A stretch of 64,000 bases of DNA from a virus, in the IMG/VR virus record IMGVR_UViG_3300033442_000004, positions 1 through 64,000 of that record, one strand, 5' to 3'. Positions 39,524-49,438 of this stretch are shown in pieces (positions within the stretch are counted from its first letter, which is position 1; every line of letters starts with the position of its first letter). Both the position numbers and the translations under genes were made by a program. Below the pieces are notes generated by a model, which saw nothing but the letters and a program-made list of their open reading frames with translations, had not been told where the DNA came from and made no database searches.

Positions 39524-40074
39524 TCAGGCTGCGGAGGCATTGGACAGATGCTCGGCGATTGCTTGCTCGCCGTCCGCGACCACCTTGTAAGCGTCCATCC
39601 AGATCGGGAAGCAGACGCGGTGGGCCAATGTCAGCCGGTCGAGCAGCGCCTTCTTCTCCGGCACGTAGACCATGGCGAAATTGATGTCGTGCTCGACGAT
39701 GCTCGGCACGTTGTCGATCATGTCGGCGCACTTGATCATCTGAGCGCGCCAGGAAGCGCCTGCCAGGTATTGCAGGTCGAGGCGCTTGCGCATCGGCCGC
39801 TTGCCGTGGATCGGTCGGCTGACGTTGGACACTTCGAGCACGAGATCGGCGATCTCCTCGCCGAACTCGCCGACGAGCGCCTTGTGGGACGTGTCCGCGT
39901 CCTCGATCGTGTCGTGCAGCCAACCGGCGGCGATGGTGGCGTATCGGCGGCGTTGCTGTTCAGGTTCTTGGCGACGCGCTCCAGGTGCCGCCAGTAGGGC
40001 TCCGTCACGTAGTTGCGCATCTGAGCGCCGTGGGCGTTGATCGCAAAGTTCTTGGCTCTTGTCAGCAGGCCCAT
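39524..40074 (-). pseudogene. HD-domain (RelA/SpoT hydrolase-like) gene with frameshift
   Basis: AINAHGAQMRNYVTEPYWRHLERV in one frame; AAGWLHDTIED...IKCADMIDN in another; switch near 39940. Confidence 0.8.
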
Positions 40075-40268
40075 CAGGCGGCTTCCTCATTGTCGTTGCA
40101 GGGCCGACTCACGATCGGGAGTAGGCCAAGCGTGTGAATATCGAGAGTGATCGGCTCCACCCAGGTGAAGCCGGCGCGGTCCCGATGCGTGTGGTTGAAG
40201 GTGACGGTTTGGACGACGACCGTGCCGAACGGCAAGCGCTTGCCCGGGGGCAGACCAATGGCGAACAT
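40074..40268 (-). CDS. Hypothetical phage protein
   Basis: 64 aa, ends CNDNEEAA. Confidence 0.5.
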   Translation of the reverse strand: MFAIGLPPGKRLPFGTVVVQTVTFNHTHRDRAGFTWVEPITLDIHTLGLLPIVSRPCNDNEEAA

Positions 40269-40531
40269 CAGTCCTCTCCCCAGCAGTCTTCGCTGTCGAG
40301 GTCTTCCAGCTCCTCGGGGAACGGCTGGCCTTTAGTCGCGGGATAGAAGGGCGCTGCGTACATGCCGACGCCGTATGTTACGTCACCGCCGATCACGCCG
40401 ATCTTGGCAGCCAGGGCTTTTGCCATCTCGCTTCCGATCTCTTCGAGCTTGGCGGTGTAGGTCTCGGCCTCGGGCATCTTGGCGCGCTCCATCGCCTCGA
40501 CCGTCTCTCCGAGCTTCAGTTGGTAGGCCAT
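40268..40531 (-). CDS. Hypothetical phage protein
   Basis: 87-aa ORF downstream of an operator motif. Confidence 0.6.
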   Translation of the reverse strand: MAYQLKLGETVEAMERAKMPEAETYTAKLEEIGSEMAKALAAKIGVIGGDVTYGVGMYAAPFYPATKGQPFPEELEDLDSEDCWGED

Positions 40532-41068
40532 TTGCTGTTCCCTTCGTTTGCATTAAAATTGCAGGTCGCTTGCATTCGAGCAAGCGCTATTTCACGAGTC
40601 CACCCAGAGCGGCAGCGAACGCTGCAGCCAGGATGAGCGCGAGCCCCAGGTTTCGAACGCTGAGGAACTCGCGCGGATCTGCCTGGAGCCTCACTTCTTG
40701 CGCAGGCAGCCGACGTTGAGCATCACGGCGCCTTACTTGTTGCAGAAGAAGCGGTTGCCCTTGTGATCGACCATCAGTTCTTCGAGGTTCGAGCGGACCT
40801 GCCGCGTGACCTCCGGGATCAGCTTGGACCGGTCGTATTCCATGTCGGCGATCGCGAAGATGGCGTTCATGGTGGCCGGGGCGTAGGTGTCGAAGTCGGC
40901 GCCCATCTGGTCGGCCGCCTTGCGAGGTGAGCCGTCGATGAACTCGTAGCGCCACACTTCAGCAGGACCATCGCGGAGACGGTCGAAAGGGCGATGAGCT
41001 CCTTGTTGATGTTCTCGGCCGCAGCCGGGTGATGAAGCCAGACACCAGCGTTACCGCCAGCGCTGCTA

Positions 41069-41525
41069 TTGCGCGCAGAATATCGCCGCGACCGCCGATA
41101 TGCCCGCAATCAGAATGGGAAACGGAAGGTCGTCGTCGTCCGTGAACGCGGCGGCAATTCTGTGCCAGCAGTGTTTGGCTCTGAAAGCCAAGCCGCCGCT
41201 TTCATTCGTGCCCGCATTGGGAAGGGGACTGTCGTTCATGCCGACGAAGTCGCTTCTTGGGATGGATTACACGAACGTTTTGAAATGAAACGAGTCAACA
41301 CTCCTTGGATGGTGCGTGCGCTTATCAGGCTTAGGAGTATTTCAGCCGTTTGCGCCGTGCCGGGATTGCTGGCGCTTACCTGCTTTACGCGCAGGAGTCC
41401 TCATGGCATGAGGACAGCCGCCGGGTCTCGAATGGGGATCAGGTGAACCGCATTGCGGCGCTGGCCTCGAAGCGCGATAAGTCGGTGGACCTCACCGGCG
41501 ATTGGCGGGGGCATCAAGGAAACTA
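41069..41525 (+). pseudogene. IS1595-family transposase remnant
   Basis: KRKVVVVRERGG...TVVHADE.ASWDGLH..FEMKRVN fragment, then frameshifted. Confidence 0.75.
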
Positions 41526-41712
41526 GCAGAGCGCGTTTTCAAAAACCAAAAATCAAGACTTCCCATTTAGCAACTTTTGTGTTCTTGTTTCGTTCTGATG
41601 AACGATGGTCGGCACGGATCGTTAACGCTTGTTGATGGAATCTGAATGCTGTCCCGAATCGCTAGACTCAGACACAAGATGCGGGGTATGCCTGAGATGC
41701 AGGGAGCAAGAT

Positions 41713-41952
41713 ATGCGCGTGAAAATTGAAGAAGTTGGCACTGGCCAGCATCCGAGCGAAAAGATCGTCAAGATTGAGACTAAAGAGGGACCGGAACAAT
41801 TGGTGGTTGACCAAAGGTCAATTGAAAACCACTCGCTTGACGTCGGATATCCTGTCGGTCAGCATAATGGTCACCTTCTGGTTGAGTTGCCGAGAGAGAC
41901 ATTCCGCGGCGCTTGGCGGGTATGGGTCGACCGAGGAATCGTAACAGCATGA
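41713..41952 (+). CDS. Small hypothetical protein upstream of dcd
   Basis: GGGAG RBS; 79 aa ending LVELPRE...WRVWV. Confidence 0.65.
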   Translation: MRVKIEEVGTGQHPSEKIVKIETKEGPEQLVVDQRSIENHSLDVGYPVGQHNGHLLVELPRETFRGAWRVWVDRGIVTA

Positions 41953-41995
41953 GCATGGTTGCGGGGCCACTGGCCCCGCAGCAATTGGAGGAACC

Positions 41996-42550
41996 GTGAT
42001 CCTAACGGATCGAGAAATTAAACTTGCGCTCGAAAAGAGACTGATAATTATCGAGCCAATTCCCGGCCCTGACGCCTTTAGTTCTACGGCCGTTGATTTA
42101 ACGCTCGATGCAAATATTACAGAGTTCCGGGAGGAGGCGGGTGGTATTGAAACCGCTATCGACCCGGGACACCGCGACTTCAATTCAGAAACCACGCTCG
42201 CTCAAATTTCCGATAAACGGGTCATTCCCGCCGACGGTTGGCTACTTAAGCCTAATCGGCTCGTACTCGCGTGGAGTAGTGAGTACGTCAACCTAGTTTC
42301 TCACAATCGAATCGCCGCGCGTGTAGAGGGTAAAAGCTCACTTGCCCGCTTGGGCCTAGGTGTTCACGTAACAGCACCGACCATTCACGCAGGTTTTGAT
42401 GGCCGCATTCGTCTCGAAATGGTGAATCACGGCAAAGTGCCCATTCGCTTACGTGTCGGCATGCGGATTTGTCAGCTTATTTTCGAGCAGACATTGGGAA
42501 CGCCGGATAAGGGGTACCAGGGACAATTCGCAGGACAGGGGTCACCCTAG
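41996..42550 (+). CDS. dcd: dCTP deaminase (trimeric dUTPase fold)
   Basis: ILTDREI, VDLTL, EGKSSLARLGL.VH.TAP, GFDGRIRLE, GMRICQLIF. Confidence 0.9.
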   Translation: MILTDREIKLALEKRLIIIEPIPGPDAFSSTAVDLTLDANITEFREEAGGIETAIDPGHRDFNSETTLAQISDKRVIPADGWLLKPNRLVLAWSSEYVNLVSHNRIAARVEGKSSLARLGLGVHVTAPTIHAGFDGRIRLEMVNHGKVPIRLRVGMRICQLIFEQTLGTPDKGYQGQFAGQGSP

Positions 42551-42692
42551 TCCTTGGTGATTTGCCATCGCGCCGGGCTAGCCTCGCCAACGGCGCGGAC
42601 CATGATGTCGCCGATCGCGGACAGGGTGTCGCTGTCCCACTCCACGCCATCCATCTGTTCCTGGATGGCAAGCATTGCCTGATGGTCGTCCA

Positions 42693-43295
42693 TTATGGCC
42701 TCTCGGGTTTGGTGATTTCGGTGTCGCGGTTCAGGTCGATGACGAAGCCGAAGCCGGAGCGCTTCTGGTAAAGCGGCCCATCGACCAGGAACCACTTCTC
42801 GACCTTGTCGCATTCGCGGCGAGCGCAGACGCCGACCTGGCCCTTCGGCACCCAGTGCGCCCAATCGCCCCATGCGGACGACACGACGAAGTTGACGGCG
42901 TTCTCAACCTGGAAGAGCGCCTCGTCGCGGTTCCTGGACTCGCCGCGCTTCAGCTTCACGCCGAAGAACTGCTCGTACTGGTCGGGATACCAGCCGCGGA
43001 AAGACTCGAGCGCATAGTCGTACTCGGACTTGTCGGGCTTGCCCTCGATCTTGACGATGCGCTGGAAGGCGATCGGGTGGATCATGGCGGCGATCGACCA
43101 CTGGCAGTCTTCCTCGTACCAGCCGGCTTCAGCCCGCATGTATTTCGGGACCGCGGCGTTGCGCTCACGGGACAGCTTGATGCCGCCGTGGCTCGCGGTC
43201 GAGACGGTCCAGATGCCGGGTGCCAGCTCGCGCTTTTCCTGGATGGCGCCCCACGGCGACGACTGGGGGCAGGGGGGTCGCTGATACTCGGTCAT
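42693..43295 (-). CDS. Conserved mobile-element hypothetical protein
   Basis: SPWG, STASHGGIKLS, WYEEDC motifs. Confidence 0.7.
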   Translation of the reverse strand: MTEYQRPPCPQSSPWGAIQEKRELAPGIWTVSTASHGGIKLSRERNAAVPKYMRAEAGWYEEDCQWSIAAMIHPIAFQRIVKIEGKPDKSEYDYALESFRGWYPDQYEQFFGVKLKRGESRNRDEALFQVENAVNFVVSSAWGDWAHWVPKGQVGVCARRECDKVEKWFLVDGPLYQKRSGFGFVIDLNRDTEITKPERP

Positions 43296-43296
43296 C

Positions 43297-43671
43297 TCAG
43301 TCCTCGAATTTGAGGTTGCGGAAGGCGCGATGGCTCTTCGCTTGGGGGATGATCTCGCCGCGGTCATAGGCGAGGGCGTAGGTCGGGCAGCGGACGAACA
43401 CGCAGTTCTGCGCTTCGTCCTCCACGTCATCGCGGGTGGTGAAGCCGAAGTGACATTCGTCGAAGTGCTTGTCGCCCTTCCGCATCTGGCGCCACCACCA
43501 GTCGTCCTCATCGATCGACCAGCCAGCAGCCAGTGCCGACCGGTAGATGCGGTGCGCCTTCTCGATCAGGTCGAGACCTTTGAGGGCGGCGACGGCCTGG
43601 CTCCGGCGGATGCCGTGCATCGATTGCACGACATGGCGGATGTCATGGGTCAGCAGCGGAACGTTCGGCAT
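43297..43671 (-). CDS. Hypothetical phage protein
   Basis: 124-aa ORF. Confidence 0.55.
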   Translation of the reverse strand: MPNVPLLTHDIRHVVQSMHGIRRSQAVAALKGLDLIEKAHRIYRSALAAGWSIDEDDWWWRQMRKGDKHFDECHFGFTTRDDVEDEAQNCVFVRCPTYALAYDRGEIIPQAKSHRAFRNLKFED

Positions 43672-43846
43672 GATCAGTCCTGCGGGAAGTGGGCGAGGAT
43701 CGCCTCAAGCTGCGTGCAGAGCGTGTGATGGCCGACGAACTGTCCCGCCTGCCACCACAGCCATTGAAAGGTGAAGGGAAAATGCGGGCATGCATCATTC
43801 CCCTCTAGGCCGGCTTGGAGTCCGGCGTCGTAGTAGTCGAAGGGGT

Positions 43847-44476
43847 TCACGGCACCGGCCTGAAGTCGTGCAGATCGAGATCACGGCCTAGCGCCGCAAC
43901 GAACTCAGCCGGCTTCTCCTTCGCCTCGAAGGCGCGCTGGACCTCGTCGGGGTGGTCGCTGATCAAGTCGGCGTAGAACCACTGCTTCTCCGCCTCATCC
44001 CGACAGTCCTGGATGAAGTTGTCGCGCTCCACGGTCGAGGGCTTGTACTGGCTGACGAACGCCTTGCACCGGGCTCGAGACGTTCGGTACAGGTCGCGAA
44101 GCTTGTCGGCGCCCTTGATCACCGGCTTGACGTCTTCCTCGTGGAAGTTGAGGCAGTACATCATGAACTCCGGGACGAACTCGAAGTCCCAGCAGATCGC
44201 GCCGTCCTTCTCGTCTTCCGTCATGCCGCTCCAGACGCTCTCGATGAGCGGGGCCATCTCCCACGCCGCCCAGCGCATGCCACGGGCACCGTAGTCCTCG
44301 CAGTATTGGGACATCTGCCGTTCGGCATCCTTGAACGGATGGTCATCGGGCAGCGTTGTGGCGATGAGCAGACGGGTGTCTTCGAGCACCGCGTAGGCTG
44401 CCATCGCTGTCTCGATCACGAGGTAGTTGGTCTTGATGGTCTCAGGCTTAGCCACTGTCTTCTCCTTTGCATTCAA
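43847..44476 (-). CDS. Hypothetical phage protein
   Basis: About 200-aa ORF; true start is probably the GTG after AAGGAG. Confidence 0.65.
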   Translation of the reverse strand: MNAKEKTVAKPETIKTNYLVIETAMAAYAVLEDTRLLIATTLPDDHPFKDAERQMSQYCEDYGARGMRWAAWEMAPLIESVWSGMTEDEKDGAICWDFEFVPEFMMYCLNFHEEDVKPVIKGADKLRDLYRTSRARCKAFVSQYKPSTVERDNFIQDCRDEAEKQWFYADLISDHPDEVQRAFEAKEKPAEFVAALGRDLDLHDFRPVP

Positions 44477-44836
44477 ACAAGCGGTTGGGCACAGCTCCGC
44501 TTTTCCTGAGTGTCAGGAAAAACTCGGCTTCGAATTGGTGTGGTTCGCGAGTGCTCTCTCCACCACTCCGCCCTATAGCCGCGGGGGACACGGGCATCGA
44601 CGGAGCAGGTTTCCCTCCAACCACGCTGCATCCTTCGGGGAGCAGCAGACCTCACAGTGTCCGCATGTGCGGCGTGCCGTATCACGCAAGGCAGGCGCTA
44701 CACTGCGAGGGCATCGAATTGCACCAGCGGATTGGTTTGCCCGCCGCTGGTCGGGCTGTGCGTCCGGTCGCTCGCGGCGTCACCGGTCCAAAAACTCAGT
44801 CACTCTCGTTCGGGGTCACAGTGGGGGTCGCTTACT

Positions 44837-44980
44837 TCATGGCCGCGCTCCGTCGTCGTTGCTGTAACTCGGCGCCTTCGCGTTGCGCTTCTTGTTGGGC
44901 ACAACGCGGGGCTTGTACTTCGGCGTCCGCAGATCACGAGCGATCGGCGAGCGTCGGCTCTGCGTCTTTCGCTTCTTCAT
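44837..44980 (-). CDS. Small basic phage protein
   Basis: SPIARDLRTPKYKPRVVPNKK. Confidence 0.55.
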   Translation of the reverse strand: MKKRKTQSRRSPIARDLRTPKYKPRVVPNKKRNAKAPSYSNDDGARP

Positions 44981-45247
44981 GTCAGGAACTCCGGTGAAAT
45001 TGGATGGCCGGATTGCGCCGGCCTCGCCACTGCGTTTGGGTCGCAGCAACCTATGAGCGGTGTCCCATTTCTCCGGGCCGCAAACTTTTCATCATGGTCA
45101 TGAGTGGCCATCATCGCCAGGCGCGGACGAAACGCCGAAGCTAGGCCGTTTGAAAATGCGAGACGGGATGAAACCGCTACTCGCCTCGTCCTGCGGGATT
45201 TTTCCCTGCCTTTGTGTGCAGACCCACTTCAACCACACACGGGGACC

Positions 45248-45532
45248 TCAGGACTCGCTGGTGTTTGCCCAGCGAGGATTGATGCCGCGTCCGTCTTTCG
45301 CCCAGCGGTTGGTCCGCCGGTAGAGATCGGCTTCGCAGTGACGGCGCTCGGCTGCAAGGATGCGAGCCTGAAAGTCCGCGAACTCCAGCTCAGCAGCGCG
45401 CTCTCGGGCTGCCTCGATGATCTGCTCATCGGTCACGCCGTGCTCTTCCATCTTGGCTCGCGACCAGGCGATGGCGTCACGGAACGGCATCCGACTGTGC
45501 GTCGCCGTCATGTAGATTTCACGCGCGTCCAT
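45248..45532 (-). CDS. Hypothetical phage protein
   Basis: GGAGG RBS; 94 aa. Confidence 0.55.
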   Translation of the reverse strand: MDAREIYMTATHSRMPFRDAIAWSRAKMEEHGVTDEQIIEAARERAAELEFADFQARILAAERRHCEADLYRRTNRWAKDGRGINPRWANTSES

Positions 45533-45667
45533 GGCTTGCCTCCAGCTGCGCCAGCTCGGTTTCGAGCGGGTGATAGTCCTCGAAGCGGGCATTGGCCCAG
45601 CCGTTGCGGGACATGTCCGACAGGATGCGGATCAGAGCCATGCGGCGGCGCTTGCGCTGCTTCTCTG

Positions 45668-46322
45668 TCATGGGTCCACCACGCGGCTATGGATGACGCT
45701 GTGGAACCACTCGTTCACATTGCCCCGATCGTCCTTGCAGTAGACGCGGCGTTCGTTGAACGACTGAACCGTGACCATCTCCCTGCGGAAGGTCGGGACT
45801 TTGTCGCCGGGCTTCAGTTCCTCGCCGGTCGGTTCGTAGATCAGCCGCATCACAGCCTCCAGTGCTGCATGCGGGCACGCTGGTCCGCACGCTCATTGTC
45901 GTTGTCGGCCTTTGGATTGGCCCGGGTCAGCTCGCTGCCCTTGCGCAGCCAGCGCTTGCGGTCGTCGTCGCGGATGACGTACTCGTCGCCGTCAAGGACT
46001 TCCTTGACCTGCCCGACGAACGACCCTTTCGAGCTGACACGGGCAGATCGGACCCAATCATCCTTCTCGAACTTCATGCTCCGCCGAACCTTCCCATTTC
46101 GAGATCGAGGCTATCGGTGTTCTCGTATGTGGCGATCAGCCGATAGACCCGGCCGTCCCTGATGTGCAGGGAGGCGAAGACGATGACGTCAGACTTCCTG
46201 CACTCCTCGAATGCCTTGCGGGCGTCCGCCTCGAATGCGTAGGTGTCGGTGTAGGCCTCGGTCATCGAGACGTGCGTGACCTTGGCCGTTTTGCGGACGG
46301 TGCCGTTCGCGCTGTCAGTCAC
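45668..46322 (-). CDS. Three small hypothetical phage genes (45668-45853, 45850-46077, 46074-46322)
   Basis: Consecutive ORFs with 4-nt overlaps. Confidence 0.55.
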
Positions 46323-46499
46323 AGCTCGCTCCCATGAACTTGCGGACGCCGGCCGCCAGCGCGGCGTCGTCGACGCCCTTGGCGATCAGACCTTCGGCGT
46401 GCCTGTGGAGCGCCGGGATCGACATCATCGGGATGACCATGCCGGTGACGGCACGTTGGATGCGGGCGTCGTCGAGCGCCTACTGCTTCTTGGTGCGCT

Positions 46500-46886
46500 T
46501 CATGTCAGCTCCTTGCCGGGAATGCCGCCCGTTCGGACGTGCGCTTCGCAGTTGGGGTACACTCGGGCCTGATCCCGAATGTGCGGGATGATGATCTCGA
46601 CGCGGGCCAGCTCGGCCTCGCGCTCGGTGGCGTACTGCTTGGCGTTGCTGCGCCAGATGTCCCAGGTGTTGGCCGTGCCCATCGGGTTGAACCGATCGGT
46701 CAGGTACAGCACCTCGCGCTTGCCGCTGTTGTCGGCCGGGATGCCGTTCCACCACACGACGACGAACGTGTCGGGATTGTTGACGCGGTCGATCGTTGCC
46801 TGGGACGGCGGCCGGAAGCCTTCGGGGAACTTCATCGGCTTGCTCCCGTGGCTTTCCACTCGTGCTTCGGGCAGTACTGCCAGCAC
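46500..46886 (-). CDS. Hypothetical phage protein
   Basis: MKFPEGF... ORF; start likely internal. Confidence 0.55.
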   Translation of the reverse strand: MLAVLPEARVESHGSKPMKFPEGFRPPSQATIDRVNNPDTFVVVWWNGIPADNSGKREVLYLTDRFNPMGTANTWDIWRSNAKQYATEREAELARVEIIIPHIRDQARVYPNCEAHVRTGGIPGKELT

Positions 46887-47324
46887 TTCGGCTCCAGCGG
46901 GTCCGCGTCACGCAGGGCTTGCGCCTCCTTGTCCGTGACGCGGACCACCTCATCCGAAAGGATGTGTTTCAGGCACTTCATCTCAGACCCATTTGGCAAA
47001 TGCCGCACGGCAGGCGCGGGCATCGTTGAAACTGCGAGCGGCGGCGCGGGCGATCCGCATGGACCGCATGCCGACCGACTCGATGACGCCATCGCGGCGG
47101 ATGACGAACAGCGTGGGGACGGGACGAGGGACGCGGCGGATCACTGACATTGGCGCACCTCATCCCTGGCCATGTTGTGAGCCAGCAGCAGGAGATCGGA
47201 GATCAGGACGTGCAGATCGTCCCGGGTGATGGTCGGGGCCGTCCTGAAGTTGAGGTCGACCGTGGATTTGCCGTGACCGGCGGTGGTCGCGCGGACGGTC
47301 GCTTCGAAGAACCGGGTCTGCATG

Positions 47325-47621
47325 TCACGCTCCCGCACAGGTCAGAGCGAAGCGGGCGGACCCGACCTTCGCGATGTTCTTGATGTGGACGAGCTGGCCG
47401 TGCTCGCGGGCGTCGGTGACGTAGTCCTCGCCCCAGTGCAGGGCGAGGGCAGGGGCGTTTGCCTCGAAGTCATCCCATTTGACGCGGCCGAAGTCCGGGT
47501 TGCTCTCCCAGACCTTCACGAACGTGCCGCGCCGCTGCGGGCCGGGCCCGGTGAACTGGCCGGTGTTCTTCAGGAAGGCTGCGGCATAGGCGACGCGGTC
47601 GCCCGGTGCTGGCGCTGACAT
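47325..47621 (-). CDS. Hypothetical phage protein
   Basis: 98 aa, contains GDRVAY. Confidence 0.6.
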   Translation of the reverse strand: MSAPAPGDRVAYAAAFLKNTGQFTGPGPQRRGTFVKVWESNPDFGRVKWDDFEANAPALALHWGEDYVTDAREHGQLVHIKNIAKVGSARFALTCAGA

Positions 47622-48104
47622 TCACGCCTCCACCGATTGCCAGCCAGCCGGTATCCGGCCGCGCGCCGCGACCTGCTCGATCGCCGACACGTCCAGCTTG
47701 AAGAGGCTGGCGACGCCCTTCAGGTGATCGGCGAGCCGGTCGTAATCCCAGCCACGATGAAACCAGTTGTCGCGCTCGTCGTGAACGCTCTGGAGGCGGG
47801 TGAGCAGCCGCTGATGCTCCTTGAACCACGGTGGCACGACCTGACCGAAATGCTCGATCAGATTGTTGAGCGCGTTGCCGCCAGAGTTGGGCTTGTAGTC
47901 CGGCATCTCGGACATGTCGTCCATCCGCGGATCGTACCTGTCGTCCGGGATGAAGTTGCCGGCGATGCAGCAGCGGCCGGTCGGGTCGCGGTACATGCAC
48001 ATGTCGTCAAGGCCGGTCGACGGGCCGGGGGACGTGGCGAAGAACGCACAGGCAGTGTCGAACACTTCCTGAGCGGTGGGTGTGTTGGTGAAAACGTGGG
48101 GCAT
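47622..48104 (-). CDS. Hypothetical phage protein
   Basis: CMYR..GRCCIAG..IPD..Y and LQSVHD motifs. Confidence 0.65.
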   Translation of the reverse strand: MPHVFTNTPTAQEVFDTACAFFATSPGPSTGLDDMCMYRDPTGRCCIAGNFIPDDRYDPRMDDMSEMPDYKPNSGGNALNNLIEHFGQVVPPWFKEHQRLLTRLQSVHDERDNWFHRGWDYDRLADHLKGVASLFKLDVSAIEQVAARGRIPAGWQSVEA

Positions 48105-48328
48105 GGGATGTCCTGTCAGGTGCTCGTGGGGGACGACAGCAGCTCGCGGAGGGCGTCGGCGCGGGTCCAGCAGTCCGACGCATTGCCGACCTCGTTCCAT
48201 TGGAACGTGTGGGTCAGGGCCTTGTGCTCGGCCGCCTCGATCTCGGCGCCGATCTCGGCCGCGCTCTTGCCGGTGGCCCAGCTGAGAGCGTTGTATCGGG
48301 CGTAGGATTGACCGCGCATCGCCCGTCC

Positions 48329-48550
48329 TCAGAACTGGTAGACGTTGTTCTGGGTGACGATCAGCCGGCGCTCGAAGTCGATCGAGCGGAGGGCGGAGGT
48401 GATGGTCACTTCCCCCTTGGCGCCGCCGCGCTCGTCGTGGTCCTCGCCCATCTCGACGCGGGCCTTGATGACGCCGGACAGGGGTATCCGCTCGATCGGC
48501 GCGCCGATGCAGTCAGTGAAACCGAGAAGCTTGCAGGTGAACATGCGCAT
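48329..48550 (-). CDS. Hypothetical phage protein
   Basis: ITSALRSID..RRLIVTQNNVY. Confidence 0.55.
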   Translation of the reverse strand: MRMFTCKLLGFTDCIGAPIERIPLSGVIKARVEMGEDHDERGGAKGEVTITSALRSIDFERRLIVTQNNVYQF

Positions 48551-49438
48551 GGGGTGGCTCCGTAGGTGCGCGGTCAATGCACGAATGCAAACACAAATGC
48601 AAGTGCAAATGCGCCCTAATTCGAGCAAATTCGTATGAGATAAGGAGGGGGTTCCGAGGGCAGATTCACCGCCCCGGAAATTCGAGAATAATTCCCGAGA
48701 AAATGGGCCGAGCGACAATAACCGGACGGCCCGGGGTATTTTCGAAGGCCGCCTCCAGCTCCTCGATCGTGCCCATGAGCACGGGGACAGAGGCACCTCT
48801 CTGAGAGAGGACACAGGCCGCCTCAGCCAGTATTGCCGACTGGACGGGGGTGATGCCGGACCTGCCCGAATAGGCACGGTACAGCGCATCGAGACGAGCA
48901 CGCATCGGTTTCTCCGGTGATGTGAGACGGGGCGGAAAGCCCTGCGAGACAGGCACTTCCCAAGACGACGACGAACGAAATCGGGGCCGCCCATCGAGGG
49001 CCGCCGGAGCAGCTCAATCCCAAGCCAGTGACCTACAGGCAGGGAGAGATGCAGGGATGAGAGAGGGAGGGAGAGGCACTGTACCCGGCCTCATCGACCT
49101 CACCGGTCAGACGCAGATTCTCGATTTTCGAATGCAAATGGCCAGCAAACCGCAGAAGTCGGCCGCGTCGACCTTACCCTGCACATAAAAGCACATTTGC
49201 ATTTTCTCGATTTCCAGCCCTATCGGACACTAAATCTAGTGCCGTACATGCCAAAATCGGTATCTCAGTCCGCAAATCAGGGGGTGGAGAGCCCATTTTC
49301 AGGGGTCCACCCACTAGATGTTGAATATTCAGGGGTGCAGCGACCCCATCATGAGGCCGGCGAAGGCGAAGGCCATCAGGATCAGGCGCCAGTGGCGAGA
49401 TCCACGCGGGTGTTCAGTATGCGCTTCATGGCGGATCC

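Larger units (their letters stand above)
36292..39540 (-). pseudogene. Small phage gene split by the IS1595 element
   Basis: 39540-39403 (46 codons) and 36432-36292 (47 codons) join in frame when the IS is removed. Confidence 0.55.

Noticed and set aside
48560-49330. GA-rich non-coding stretch and ORF 48329-48994 as a long gene
   Set aside because: Only the last 73 codons look coding; the rest has operator half-sites but no structure I can support
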